A stretch of 64,000 nucleotides of DNA from Polyangiaceae bacterium (GTDB taxonomy: Bacteria; Myxococcota_A; Polyangia; Polyangiales; Polyangiaceae), in the NCBI GenBank assembly GCA_044376115.1, contig JBILLK010000018.1, positions 32,001-96,000 on the forward strand. Reading direction: 5' to 3'. A program made the position numbers and the translations under genes. Below are positions 19,732 to 29,959 of this stretch, one piece after another; position 1 is the first letter of the stretch; every line of letters begins with the position of its first letter. Below the pieces are notes generated by a model. It saw only the letters and a program-made list of their open reading frames with translations. It did no database searches and was not told the DNA's origin.

Positions 19732-22700
19732 TTGACCACGCGACCCAAACTCACCCTGAGTTCCTCCGTGCCTCCGCCGATCGACGGTGCGGACGTCTCC
19801 TTTCACGAGTCCGAGTTGGACGGCGAAGAACCGCTCGAGCTTGGGGAGCCGGACGCGCCGCTCGAGATCGAGGCGGCCGCATTGCGTGAGGCAGTGACGC
19901 GCGAGGCCTCGACGCGCAAGGCGATCGCCGCGCTTGAATTGGTCGAGGGCAGCCTCGTACCCCCCGAGTTCGGCGCAAGCGACTCGCTCGTTCCGCCGCC
20001 AAGCTCCTCCGCTCCCGGCGCGACCGTGGCGCGCTCCGAACGTTCGTCGATCCCACCGCGAGTTTCTCGCAGCTCGCTGACACCGCCAGCGATCGAACGC
20101 GGCCCCGGCCGCGAACCTCGACGCAATGGCCGGGAACCACAGTCTTTGGTCGGCCAACTCGCCGAATGGCCAACGCTCTCACGAGAGCAGCGTCGAGTCG
20201 GCTTTCGACAGGTCCTTGCCGAGCTCGCTCGAGGGGCGTTCGATGATGGGCCGAGTCCACTCGAGGGCATTCGCTCCGATACGCTCACGCAAGCCGTAGC
20301 CGGCGCGGTGCAAGACGAGCTGTTCGACGATCTCGACTGGCTTTCGCCGGGCCAAGGAGGCGCTGCCATTTTTCATCTGGCCGCTGCGCTTCCTCCTGGC
20401 ACCGAACAACGTGAACTAGGGCGACGTGGATTTTCGCGCTTGCTCGCAGCCGATGCAGAGGCGTTCTCCACGATTGCTACGCAGCTCGCGCGGGCTGGGG
20501 GGCGTGCATTGCTCACGCCGGCGGTTACCGCTCGCGTTGCGCTGTTGTTCGAGATGCCGCTGGCGCTCGAGCTCAACGACACGACGCTCGCGTATGCGCT
20601 GGCGTCGCGGCGAACGCTGGCCAGCCGTTTTTTGGTGGAGCCCTCGAGTCGATCGCTGCCCGAACGTCGATTGGCCGCTCGCATTCTCGAGCGCGCGGCG
20701 ATCTCCGCGTGGAAACGTGCGCGGGGGGGGGATCGCTCGGGGCTTCGTTTGGTCGGGCAGGACGGCGTACTCGGCCCGGTGTGGAACCGCTTGTTCGCCG
20801 ATCGTGAGGCGCTGGTTTGGCGCCATGTAGCGTTTGGCAAAGGCGTGCTTACGCCCACCCATTCGCAGAGTCTGTCCGGCCTCATGCGGCAATTCGGAGA
20901 GGATCTGAGCCCGACCGAGTGGAGAAGATCGATCGTCATGCTAGGCGGCCTGGCCTTGGTTGACGGCTCGCTCGCGCTCGATCTTGCGGGTCGCGTGTTC
21001 GACGCGGGGCTGTTGCAGCGCGATTCTGGCGCGGCCGCGGGCTTCGTTTGGTCGCTAGGGCGGGTGGCAGCGACCGACCCGGACCTCGCCCGTGAACTCT
21101 TCGACCTAGCCGTGCCCAAGAACCCGGCCGACCTTGCTGAAGGGGCACTCGCGCTCGCGCGCGAACTCGGAGATTCACCGTTCTTGGAATATGCGCGCGG
21201 GGCGGCGCTCGCTCGGCTGTCGAGTTCGAATAGTTCCAACGACGAGGAGGGCGTCTTGGCCCTGCGCAGGGAACTCGCGCCACGCGAGGAGGATCTCCAC
21301 CTAGCGACCTCACTGGCCGAGCAGGCGCAGCAAGCCTTAATGCGCTTCCACAGCTCGGGAGCCGCAGCCGCGCTCGACGCAGGGCAACGCATGCTCGAGG
21401 CGGCCAGGAGTGTGGTCGATACGCTCTCGGTGCTGGGGCAGGATGAAGGCAGTGCGCTGGCCAGGCGCACCAGCTTCAATGTCGTACGGGACCTCGATGT
21501 AGGGTTCCTCGAGCGCGACATCCTCGCCAACTTGCTGCGGCTCGATACGCGCGAGGCTCGCGTCAAGAACGCTGACGAAGTCGTGGAGCACCTGCGCGAC
21601 CGCATCTTCAGCTGGTTGGTCGATCGTGCGCTGAAGCCGCACATCAACTTGCCAAGCTCTAGCACCTCGGGAGAGCACGTAATTCCGGCTCAATTGGATC
21701 ACGTCGCGCTCCATTTGGGTCGTGTGCGAGCCTTTCTTCACCTCGTGGACGGTGACGCTCTTGGCCGCAGCGAAGACGGTGATCGTCTGGCGATCGCGCG
21801 CTTCCGCTTGGCCCTGCGCTCGCTGGTCGAGTGCTTCGAATCTGGTCCACCCGGCCCGCTGCGCCGCGCGATGGTGGCGGCCTTCGCGCGCTGCCTGGAC
21901 GCGCTCGTTCGCGCGTCGGCTTGCGACGTATCGGACGTCCTGCTGGTTGCCCTCAACACCCTGCGCGAACCGCGCGATCTGGATGCGCTCGCCGAAGCGG
22001 CGATGGATCCCGACGTTTCCCGTTTGCTCGTGGCGGCCAGCGCGCTGTGGGGCAAACAGCCGCCGAAGCCCGGCGGCAGCATCCCGGTAATCATGGACAG
22101 CATCCTGCCGCCTAGCCTCACTGTGGAGACCCCCTCCACCGGGCTGACCGCACTCGACGCACTTGCCGAGGAGCTGGCCGAGGTCGGAACCGCGCGGAGC
22201 GATGGCTTGCGCGGCGTGTTGCTCAAGCTGCACCAGGGCTTCACCGCCGTAAGCGCAGCTCGCGGGTTGAACGCGCTCTCGCTCGACGACAACGACGCTG
22301 CCGTGTTGGTCGCGATCGAGGCCGGAGCGTTTGCGCTGACGCAACTGTTCGCTGGCGCGCACGCGCGCGTGCTCGATGACGTCAAGCATGTTCCCCGGCG
22401 CAGTCCGTCCTCCGCACTGTCGAGCCTGGTGTTGGCTGCCATGCGCAAGGCCGAGCCGCTCGCCGAAGGGGCTACGCAGCTTCCGGCAACGGTGCTCACC
22501 GCTGGGCTTTCCAGCTGGTTCGTGAGGATGTTTGGCGACGAGCTTCGCGCGCTCGAAGGTTTGCCGATCACCGCCCCCGCTTCCTCCTCACGCCCCGAGA
22601 TGCTCCCGGTCGAGCTTCCCGGCTGGATCCCGTCGCGGCGCACGCTTGGAGCTTTCTGGGTTGAGCGACCACTCGCAGCCGGCGGCGTCGGCTCGGTGTT

Positions 22701-23514
22701 CATCGTTACCCGCACCGAGGATCGCTTTCATGATGACGCAGAACGCTTCGCCTTGAAGGTACCGGACTACAACGCCAACGCCGCTCGGCATCTTTCGGAG
22801 GAGCAGTTTCTTGGCCTCTTTCGAGGGGAAGCGTCGGCCTTGGTGTCGCTACCTCAGCACGAGAGTCTCGCGCGCTTCGTCACCTTCGATCTGGCAGCAC
22901 GACCCAAACCGATTTTGGTGATGGAGCTCGTGGAAGGGCCCAACCTCGAGCGGATGATCGACACGCGCGCGCTCAGCTGGGAGCTCGCGATGGAGTCGGT
23001 CGAGAACGTCACGGCTGGGCTGATGGCGATGCACCAAGCAGGCGTCGGACACCTCGATCTCAAGCCCGCCAACGTGGTGCTTCGAAAGGGTACGCACGCG
23101 GTGTTGGTGGACTTTGGGTTGGCGGGTCGGCAACTGCGCCCGGGTTGCGGCTCCGCGCCGTATGCAGCGCCTGAAGTGTGGAACTACGACGCGCGACAAC
23201 CTAGCTCGCCGATGGCGGCCGACATGTACTCGCTCGGTTGTCTGCTGTTCGAAACGCTGACCGCCGACGTCCTGTTCGATGGGGACAACGAGCTCAACAT
23301 GATCGCGCAGCACCTCGCGCACGACGGCTTTCCACCGAAACTCCGCGCCCTCGCGAGCAACGCCAAGCACGCCGCACTGGCCGAGTTGCTGTTTGCGGTG
23401 CTGCGAAGAAACCCTGCGGATCGGCTGGACATCGCAGGCTTCAGCGCTGAACTGCGGCGCGTGGTCTCCCGCTACAAAGCGCGTGAATGGCCACTGCCTG
23501 TGCCGCGAGCGTGA
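19732..23514 (+). CDS. Large (1260 aa) protein with C-terminal Ser/Thr kinase domain
   Basis: LAAGGVGSV, FALK, HLDLKPAN, DFG, APEV in the last ~290 aa; long helical N-terminal region; start uncertain. Confidence 0.85.
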   Translation: MTTRPKLTLSSSVPPPIDGADVSFHESELDGEEPLELGEPDAPLEIEAAALREAVTREASTRKAIAALELVEGSLVPPEFGASDSLVPPPSSSAPGATVARSERSSIPPRVSRSSLTPPAIERGPGREPRRNGREPQSLVGQLAEWPTLSREQRRVGFRQVLAELARGAFDDGPSPLEGIRSDTLTQAVAGAVQDELFDDLDWLSPGQGGAAIFHLAAALPPGTEQRELGRRGFSRLLAADAEAFSTIATQLARAGGRALLTPAVTARVALLFEMPLALELNDTTLAYALASRRTLASRFLVEPSSRSLPERRLAARILERAAISAWKRARGGDRSGLRLVGQDGVLGPVWNRLFADREALVWRHVAFGKGVLTPTHSQSLSGLMRQFGEDLSPTEWRRSIVMLGGLALVDGSLALDLAGRVFDAGLLQRDSGAAAGFVWSLGRVAATDPDLARELFDLAVPKNPADLAEGALALARELGDSPFLEYARGAALARLSSSNSSNDEEGVLALRRELAPREEDLHLATSLAEQAQQALMRFHSSGAAAALDAGQRMLEAARSVVDTLSVLGQDEGSALARRTSFNVVRDLDVGFLERDILANLLRLDTREARVKNADEVVEHLRDRIFSWLVDRALKPHINLPSSSTSGEHVIPAQLDHVALHLGRVRAFLHLVDGDALGRSEDGDRLAIARFRLALRSLVECFESGPPGPLRRAMVAAFARCLDALVRASACDVSDVLLVALNTLREPRDLDALAEAAMDPDVSRLLVAASALWGKQPPKPGGSIPVIMDSILPPSLTVETPSTGLTALDALAEELAEVGTARSDGLRGVLLKLHQGFTAVSAARGLNALSLDDNDAAVLVAIEAGAFALTQLFAGAHARVLDDVKHVPRRSPSSALSSLVLAAMRKAEPLAEGATQLPATVLTAGLSSWFVRMFGDELRALEGLPITAPASSSRPEMLPVELPGWIPSRRTLGAFWVERPLAAGGVGSVFIVTRTEDRFHDDAERFALKVPDYNANAARHLSEEQFLGLFRGEASALVSLPQHESLARFVTFDLAARPKPILVMELVEGPNLERMIDTRALSWELAMESVENVTAGLMAMHQAGVGHLDLKPANVVLRKGTHAVLVDFGLAGRQLRPGCGSAPYAAPEVWNYDARQPSSPMAADMYSLGCLLFETLTADVLFDGDNELNMIAQHLAHDGFPPKLRALASNAKHAALAELLFAVLRRNPADRLDIAGFSAELRRVVSRYKAREWPLPVPRA

Positions 23515-23533
23515 AGCCGCTCTCGAGCAGCCC

Positions 23534-24439
23534 TCAGAGCTTCCGCCCAACCAAGAACTGAATGTCGCCGGCGGGCGTCTCCTTCTCCTCACGCGCGCGC
23601 GCCCAACGCGAACCCGACCGGATTCGGCTCACGACTCCTTGCGCAGCCACAGCCAGATTTCGACCGCGACGAGCAACCCATCGCGCCGCCGTCCGCTCGA
23701 AAAACGGCGCGACAAACACGACCTCCACCGAGGCTCGCTCCACCGCGAGCTTCAACCCCAGCGCACTGAAGGTATGCAGGTGCTCAGGCGGGCACACCCA
23801 ATGCGAGCGAGCGGCGAAAAGGCGCTCACAAAGATCACCGACGAGCGGCGTGTCGATAGCGAGGAGCCCGCCGGGCCGAAGGACGCGGACGGCTTCATGG
23901 AGCGAGGTCTCCGGATCACGCACATGCTCGATGCACGACCACATGGTCACGACGTCGAAGGTCCCGTCGGCAAACGGAATGCTGCCTCGTCGGTCGAGGT
24001 CCGCAGGCTGCGCGGTCGCAAAACCGAGATCTTTCGGCTTCTGAATGAAGTCGACGATATCGACCTGAAAACCCGCCTCATGAGCCAGCTTTCCAAACAT
24101 ACCGTTGCTCCCAGCCACGTCGAGCAGGCGGCCGCGCCCGCCCTGCTGGGAGATCACTTCAAGCCGAGCCTGCCATCGCTTCGGCATCTCCACCTGGTAA
24201 CGCTCTTGGCCCATCCCAGCCGTGTATTCCTCGTTGTAACGCGCGTAGTGAGCGAGCAGCGTCTCGACCGAAGGCAGCGGATGCGTTGCCCAGGAAGCGC
24301 AGGCTGGGCAGCGATAAACAGCATAGCCGTTCACACTCAGCGTCTCGGCCGCGCGTGCTACCGTCGCCCCACATCCGGGGCAACGGAACTCAGTCCGTTG
24401 CCGTTGCGATTCAGGCACAAGATGGTCCAACAGCGGCAT
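23534..24439 (-). CDS. Class I SAM-dependent methyltransferase with N-terminal zinc ribbon
   Basis: CPGC/CPAC; LLDVAGSNG, FDVVTM...IEHVRDP, LRPGG, PEHL (polysaccharide-locus type). Confidence 0.85.
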   Translation of the reverse strand: MPLLDHLVPESQRQRTEFRCPGCGATVARAAETLSVNGYAVYRCPACASWATHPLPSVETLLAHYARYNEEYTAGMGQERYQVEMPKRWQARLEVISQQGGRGRLLDVAGSNGMFGKLAHEAGFQVDIVDFIQKPKDLGFATAQPADLDRRGSIPFADGTFDVVTMWSCIEHVRDPETSLHEAVRVLRPGGLLAIDTPLVGDLCERLFAARSHWVCPPEHLHTFSALGLKLAVERASVEVVFVAPFFERTAARWVARRGRNLAVAAQGVVSRIRSGSRWARAREEKETPAGDIQFLVGRKL

Positions 24440-24519
24440 AAGAGTTCCTCGGCGGCGCATCCTACTTCAAGATGCAGCGGCGCCACGACGGGGTTGACGG
24501 TGAGCACGGATCACGAGCG

Positions 24520-25683
24520 ATGAAAGCTCCCCTTCGGGTGCTTCATCTAACCCCGGCATTCGCGCCGGCGTATCGATATGGCGGCCCCATTCGAAGTGTG
24601 GAGGGGCTGGTCAAGGAGCTTGCAGCCGCGGGCGTAGACGTGCGTGTGCTCACCACCGACGCAGACGGCCCGAACCGTCTAGCAGTCCCACACGGATGGC
24701 ACGAGCGCGACGGCGCTCTCGTGCGCTACCTCCCTCGCCTTGCCCCGCCGGATCTCGCGCCGGAGCTCGTGTGGCAAGCGGTGCTGGCCAGCCGAGCGTG
24801 CGACGTCGTCCACGTGACAGCGCTGTTTTCGGTACCATCCGCGATCGCGCTGGCAGCGGCGAGAGTCACCGGCGTCCCGGTGGTTTTCTCCCCGCGTGGA
24901 GCCCTCGAAGGAGCCGCGCTGGCGAGCGGGGGCGTACAACGCAAACAACTTTGGCTGCGCGCACTGAGGCCGCTGCTCGAGGAGTGCGTTTTCCACGCCA
25001 CCAGCGAACAGGAACTCGAGTCGGTGCGCGCGGTGTTTGGTGCCGCGGTGAGGGTGTTCGTGATTCCCAACGGCACGACGGTCGAGCCAGCAGCACGGGC
25101 TGCCGAGCGCAAGGCGAAGCGCCGGCCAACGCCGCATCTGGTGGTGGGCGCTTTGGGGCGGATTCACCCGATCAAGGCCCTTCACAAACTGATCGACGCA
25201 GCAGCGCTCCTGAATCAGCGCGGGCTTCCAATCGAGCTCCGCATCGCCGGGCCCGAGCACGTGCCCGAGTACGCGGAGAAGCTGCGGCGCCAGGTCGCCG
25301 AGTTGGGCCTCGCAGGCAAAGTCTCCTTTTTGCCGGAGCTCCAAGGCGAAGCGAAGCTCGACTTTCTGGCTGGTTGCGACCTGCTTTGCTTGTGCTCGGA
25401 GTCGGAGAACTTCGGCAACGTGGTGGTGGAGGCGCTCTCGAGCTCCACCCCGGTGGTGGCCTCGCGCGGCACGCCCTGGCAGCAGCTCGCAACGCACGAC
25501 TGTGGCGCTTGGGTCGATAACGCCCCTGCCTCCCTTGCAGGCGCCATCGCTGAGTTCGCCCTGGACCGCGCCAGAGTGGAACGCTGCGGGGAGCGAGGGC
25601 GTGCGCTGGTCTTGCAGCAGTTCACCTGGCAGGCGGTCGCCGCTCGCATGATCGAGCAGTACCAGCTCGTCACCGCGGACTGA
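24520..25683 (+). CDS. Glycosyltransferase family 4
   Basis: YGGPIRSV, SPRG, GRIHPIK, SENFGNVVVEAL. Confidence 0.92.
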   Translation: MKAPLRVLHLTPAFAPAYRYGGPIRSVEGLVKELAAAGVDVRVLTTDADGPNRLAVPHGWHERDGALVRYLPRLAPPDLAPELVWQAVLASRACDVVHVTALFSVPSAIALAAARVTGVPVVFSPRGALEGAALASGGVQRKQLWLRALRPLLEECVFHATSEQELESVRAVFGAAVRVFVIPNGTTVEPAARAAERKAKRRPTPHLVVGALGRIHPIKALHKLIDAAALLNQRGLPIELRIAGPEHVPEYAEKLRRQVAELGLAGKVSFLPELQGEAKLDFLAGCDLLCLCSESENFGNVVVEALSSSTPVVASRGTPWQQLATHDCGAWVDNAPASLAGAIAEFALDRARVERCGERGRALVLQQFTWQAVAARMIEQYQLVTAD

Positions 25684-25722
25684 CGCTTTCAAGCCCGCAC
25701 GCCGCGCACTAGCATCCGCCGC

Positions 25723-26565
25723 ATGCCGCACAGCGCTGCAACTCGGATCACGCCCTTCGTGTTGACCCTCAACGAAGCGGAGAACATTGGTCGCACGTTG
25801 GAGAGCCTACGCTGGGCGGACAAGGTGGTCGTGGTTGACTCCGGTTCGACCGATGCAACCGAGACAATCGCTCGCTCCTTCGCCAACGTGAGCTGGCATG
25901 TGCGGCGCTTCGATTCGTTTCAGGGCCAGTCGGAGTTCGCGCTCCATCACACCGGGATCGAAAGCGAATATGCGCTCGCGCTCGACGCCGACATGGCGCT
26001 GACCGATGCGCTGACGGAGGAGTTCGGGCGCAACTTCTTGTCCGGAGGCTACGCGGGCGCGATGGTGCCGTTCGACTATCGTATCCACGGACGGTCGCTG
26101 CTCGGCTCGATGTTGCGTCCGCAGTTGCGCCTGTTTCGACGCACCGAGGTCACGGTCGTGCAAGAAGGCCATGGTCACAAATTCTTCGTGCCCGGTTCGA
26201 TCTACAACTGTCGCGAGAAGCTGTTGCACGACGACCGCAAGCCACTCGAGCGCTGGGTCAACTCGCAGCTTGGTTACTCGCGACAAGAACGAAAGCGCAT
26301 CCTGGAGACGCTCTCGCCCAGCGTGATGATGAGGTTGCGACGCACCGGGCTGATGCCGCTCATCGCCGGAAGCTACGCCTACCTCAAGGCAGGCGGACCG
26401 CTGCGTGGCAACGCGGCCAAACACTATGCGTGGGAGCGCGTGGTGTTCGAATGCCTATTGTCGATGCGCCTGATGGAAGCAGAGAACTCGTCAGCCCTGG
26501 TCGCGGAAGCCGTCGGCGGGTCGGATGTTGGCGGCGTAAAGGCTCGGGATGATCGTCGCGAGTAG
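25723..26565 (+). CDS. Glycosyltransferase family 2 (WaaE/KdtX-like)
   Basis: TLNEAENI, VDSGSTD, LDAD (DXD motif). Confidence 0.9.
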   Translation: MPHSAATRITPFVLTLNEAENIGRTLESLRWADKVVVVDSGSTDATETIARSFANVSWHVRRFDSFQGQSEFALHHTGIESEYALALDADMALTDALTEEFGRNFLSGGYAGAMVPFDYRIHGRSLLGSMLRPQLRLFRRTEVTVVQEGHGHKFFVPGSIYNCREKLLHDDRKPLERWVNSQLGYSRQERKRILETLSPSVMMRLRRTGLMPLIAGSYAYLKAGGPLRGNAAKHYAWERVVFECLLSMRLMEAENSSALVAEAVGGSDVGGVKARDDRRE

Positions 26566-28308
26566 ACACAACGCGACCGAGATCGCGCCAGTGATGGCAA
26601 ACTCTTGCCACCGCATCAGCACCGGCAACTGCGAGATGAAGTAGACCTTCGGGTCGAGCGGGAAGGCCCACGTGCGCAGGATCTGACAGTTCACATAACC
26701 GAGCAGCAGGCCGAGCCCCGTACCCAGCCCGCCGATGAAGCCGCCTTGGTAAAGGAAGATGCGAAGGATACCGCCGTCGCTCGCGCCCATGGCCTTGAGC
26801 ACGCTGATCTCGCGCTTCTTGTCGAGCACCACCATGATCAAGATGGCCACAACCGCGAAGGCCGCGACCAAGATGATCAACGCGAGCACAGCGCTCATGC
26901 CGATCTGCTGAATCAACAAAGCGGTGAACAAACCGTGGTTGAGCTCCTTCCAATCCATGATGCGGTAGGCGCCCGGCGGGAGCGCCTCACGTACCGCTTC
27001 CACCACGGTGTCGGAAGCCTCGATGTCGGCGATCTTCATCTCGACGCCGGTGACGGTATCGCCCTCGTCGTAGAAGTGTTGGGCCTCGAACAAGTCGGTG
27101 TAGACGAGCTTCGAGTCGTATTGATCGAAGCCGGCCTCGAACATCGCCATCACGCGGAAGCGCTTGGCCACAGGCGCTTTGATCGCACCGCCAGAGAACT
27201 GAAAGCCGATCGTGGGGGAGGTGATCGTCACGCAGTCGCCGAGCTTGAGTTCGAGGTTGTCGGCAAGCGACACGCCCACGACCACGCCTGGCAAGGTCTT
27301 GATCGCCTCCGGGTCCTCACACGGGTCGGGCGGCCCGAGTTCTTCAACGACCTCGTCGTCGTCTTCCGGAAGCACGCTCTTGAAGCCGCCTTCCGGCGTG
27401 ATCGCGCCCCCGGACTTCGGGATCGCTTGCTCATCCGAAGGCTCGGCCGGCTCGTCGTCGGCGGCAGCGGTCTTCGCTCCACCACTGGCGGGCTTGGCCG
27501 ACGAATCGGGTTGAGCCGGAGGAGCTTTCTTCGCTTCGGCCGGCTTCCCTTCGGCCGGCTTCGTTTTGGCGTTCTTGGAGCCTTGGGGAGCGAGTTCCGC
27601 CTCGGCCTTCGCCTTCTCTTCGGCGAGCTTCTTCTGAGCTTCGGCGAACCGCTTCTCCTCCTCGACCAGCCAAGCGGGAGCAAAGCCGGATGAGCCAGGC
27701 GGAGGTAGGAAGGCGCCCGAACCGAGCGGCTTGGCCGAGGGCACGACCAACTTGCCTTGATCGTCGAGCGAAGGGACCTCGACCTTCGGCGGGGGAGGCG
27801 TCGCACCGGCTCGCCGCAGACCGTCGAGCATGCTGATGCCGCACGCGAGCTGAACTGGCTTCGGACACTCCCCAGCCTCACCTCGCACGATGTGGCGCGG
27901 CAAATCGAGCACCGGCGGAATGCTCGGATCCAAGCCGACGCCTAGGCTTGCCTGCGGGTCTACACCTTTGACCAGCACGCCCGTCGCCGTTCGCTCACCA
28001 TGCGCCAACATCATCGGGTTGATGCTGAACGGGGCTACGTTCAACACGCCGGGCACGCTCTTCACGCGCTCCATGATGTCGCGGTAGTTACGAAACTCGG
28101 TGGAGTGCTTCAGCACCAAGACGTGAGCGTTGACCCCCAACACTTTCTCGCGAAACTGCGCCTGAAAGCCGCCGGTAACGCTCATCACCGTGAGCAGCGC
28201 TGAAACGCCGATCACCACACCAAAGACGGCAATGGCGGTACCGACCGAAATGCTCGCGCGCTTCGATGCTCCGAGATAACGAACCGCAAGCGTCAGCGGG
28301 TAGCCCAT
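26491..28308 (-). CDS. lolC: Lipoprotein-releasing ABC transporter permease (LolC/LolE family) with large periplasmic insertion
   Basis: LAVRYL, SVTGGFQ, EKVLGVNAHV, VKGVDP, KKREISVLKAMGA, VYFISQLP; 4 TM layout. Confidence 0.88.
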   Translation of the reverse strand: MGYPLTLAVRYLGASKRASISVGTAIAVFGVVIGVSALLTVMSVTGGFQAQFREKVLGVNAHVLVLKHSTEFRNYRDIMERVKSVPGVLNVAPFSINPMMLAHGERTATGVLVKGVDPQASLGVGLDPSIPPVLDLPRHIVRGEAGECPKPVQLACGISMLDGLRRAGATPPPPKVEVPSLDDQGKLVVPSAKPLGSGAFLPPPGSSGFAPAWLVEEEKRFAEAQKKLAEEKAKAEAELAPQGSKNAKTKPAEGKPAEAKKAPPAQPDSSAKPASGGAKTAAADDEPAEPSDEQAIPKSGGAITPEGGFKSVLPEDDDEVVEELGPPDPCEDPEAIKTLPGVVVGVSLADNLELKLGDCVTITSPTIGFQFSGGAIKAPVAKRFRVMAMFEAGFDQYDSKLVYTDLFEAQHFYDEGDTVTGVEMKIADIEASDTVVEAVREALPPGAYRIMDWKELNHGLFTALLIQQIGMSAVLALIILVAAFAVVAILIMVVLDKKREISVLKAMGASDGGILRIFLYQGGFIGGLGTGLGLLLGYVNCQILRTWAFPLDPKVYFISQLPVLMRWQEFAITGAISVALCLLATIIPSLYAANIRPADGFRDQG

Positions 28309-28468
28309 TTCCCCGCAGTCTTTAGCAGACCTGGGCCGCCCTGCGACCCCCGAGTTGCGGAGCCTCCGGCCTTCTTCTCGAAGAGGCCAGTCTTGTTGCC
28401 GCATCCGCCTTCGGCGGAATCACGATTCTGTTGGGCAAGTCTGGCAACTTCGCTACGCTTGCCCAGCT

Positions 28469-29959
28469 ATGACATTTCCCGGGCGGACGGGTCCTCCCAC
28501 TCCTTACGCCGGAAGTTCGCCCGACCTCGTGGGGCGCAACACCCTCACGCGCAAAAAGCCCGCAACCGGCTCGCGTGACGCTGATCCTCTGGTGGGCCAG
28601 ACCATCGACGGTCGCTACCTGGTCGAAGGCGTACTCGGGGAAGGCGGCATGGGCGTCGTCTATCAGGCGCGCCACACCGGCATCGACCGCAAGGTCGCCC
28701 TCAAAGTACTGCGCTCGGAGTTCGCCAATGACAGGGAGATCCTCGAGCGCTTCGTGCTCGAGGCAAAGACGGCCTCTTCCCTCGGCAATCCGCACATCGT
28801 CGACATCCTCGACTTCGGTCGCCTGAGCGACGGCTCGACCTACTTCGCGATGGAGCACCTCGACGGCATCAGCCTGACCGAGGCGATCAATCAGCGTCTC
28901 AAGCCGGAGAGAATCGCGCGCCTCGGCATCCAGGTTTGTGACGGGCTTGCAGCAGCGCACGCACGCAACATCGTTCATCGCGACCTGAAACCCGACAACA
29001 TCTTCATCCTCAATCGGCAGGGCCAAGACTTCGTCAAACTGCTGGATTTCGGCATCGCCAAGGTCTCCACCGACGCTACCCAGAAGCTGACGCGGGCAGG
29101 TGCCGTGTTTGGCACGCCCCACTACATGTCCCCCGAGCAAGCGGCCGGAACCACGGTGGATCACCGCGCCGACATCTACGCGTTGGGCGTCATTCTTTAC
29201 GAGATGGCCTCGGGCAAGTTGCCGTTTGATTCGGACAACTTCATGGGGATCCTTACGCAGCATATGTACAAGGCGCCCATTCCCATTCGGGCGCTGGTGA
29301 ACAATTCCGATTGCCCGCCGGGCCTCGAGGCCATCGTACAAAAGTGCCTCGAGAAGCTGCCTGGATCGCGCTACCAATCAGTGACCGCGCTCGCGGAAGA
29401 CCTCAAGCTGCTGCTCGCCGGCCAGATCCCGCAGGCGGTCAACGAGCTGCTCGGCAAGTCGAACCGGATTACCGGCCAGGTTGACTACTTCAAGCACAAC
29501 GGGCCTGCCCTGCAGATCGTGCCCGGCACTCCGCCTGAGACGAAAAAGAGCAAGACGGGCGCCGTGCTGATAGGCCTGCTGGTTTGCTTGGCGGCGGCAG
29601 CGGCGGCCGGTGGCTACATGGTGGTCAGGCAACGCGCGGAACAACCGTCCGGTACAGCTTTATCAACAGCGCCAACAGGCGTTCCACCCAACGAGCCGAC
29701 CGTGACCGCTCCGCCAACCGAAGCAGCGCCTTCCAACACTGTCGAGACGACGCCCGTCGCTGTCGACTCCGCAACAGCTTTAGCGGTTGAATCGGTTGCA
29801 TCGGTGGCCACTCCGTCGGTCGCTCCGCCGCCGAGCACCGGACCCAGACCAACGGCTGTAGCCAAACCCACGGGCCCCGCACCAACGGCCACAGCGCGCA
29901 AGACCTCGGAAGACCCTTGGGAGGGGCCGACGAAGATATTCGGCAACAACCAACGGTGA
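28469..29959 (+). CDS. Membrane Ser/Thr protein kinase
   Basis: LGEGGMGVVY, VALK, HRDLKPDN, DFG, GTPHYMSPEQ; one TM; Pro/Thr-rich tail. Confidence 0.93.
   Translation: MTFPGRTGPPTPYAGSSPDLVGRNTLTRKKPATGSRDADPLVGQTIDGRYLVEGVLGEGGMGVVYQARHTGIDRKVALKVLRSEFANDREILERFVLEAKTASSLGNPHIVDILDFGRLSDGSTYFAMEHLDGISLTEAINQRLKPERIARLGIQVCDGLAAAHARNIVHRDLKPDNIFILNRQGQDFVKLLDFGIAKVSTDATQKLTRAGAVFGTPHYMSPEQAAGTTVDHRADIYALGVILYEMASGKLPFDSDNFMGILTQHMYKAPIPIRALVNNSDCPPGLEAIVQKCLEKLPGSRYQSVTALAEDLKLLLAGQIPQAVNELLGKSNRITGQVDYFKHNGPALQIVPGTPPETKKSKTGAVLIGLLVCLAAAAAAGGYMVVRQRAEQPSGTALSTAPTGVPPNEPTVTAPPTEAAPSNTVETTPVAVDSATALAVESVASVATPSVAPPPSTGPRPTAVAKPTGPAPTATARKTSEDPWEGPTKIFGNNQR

Noticed and set aside
10356..29377. 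Long antisense or alternative-frame ORFs (e.g. 10356-11393, 15849-16961, 20373-21665, 23393-24523, 26605-27693, 28322-29377)
   Set aside because: Shadow ORFs expected in high-GC DNA opposite well-supported genes; no motifs
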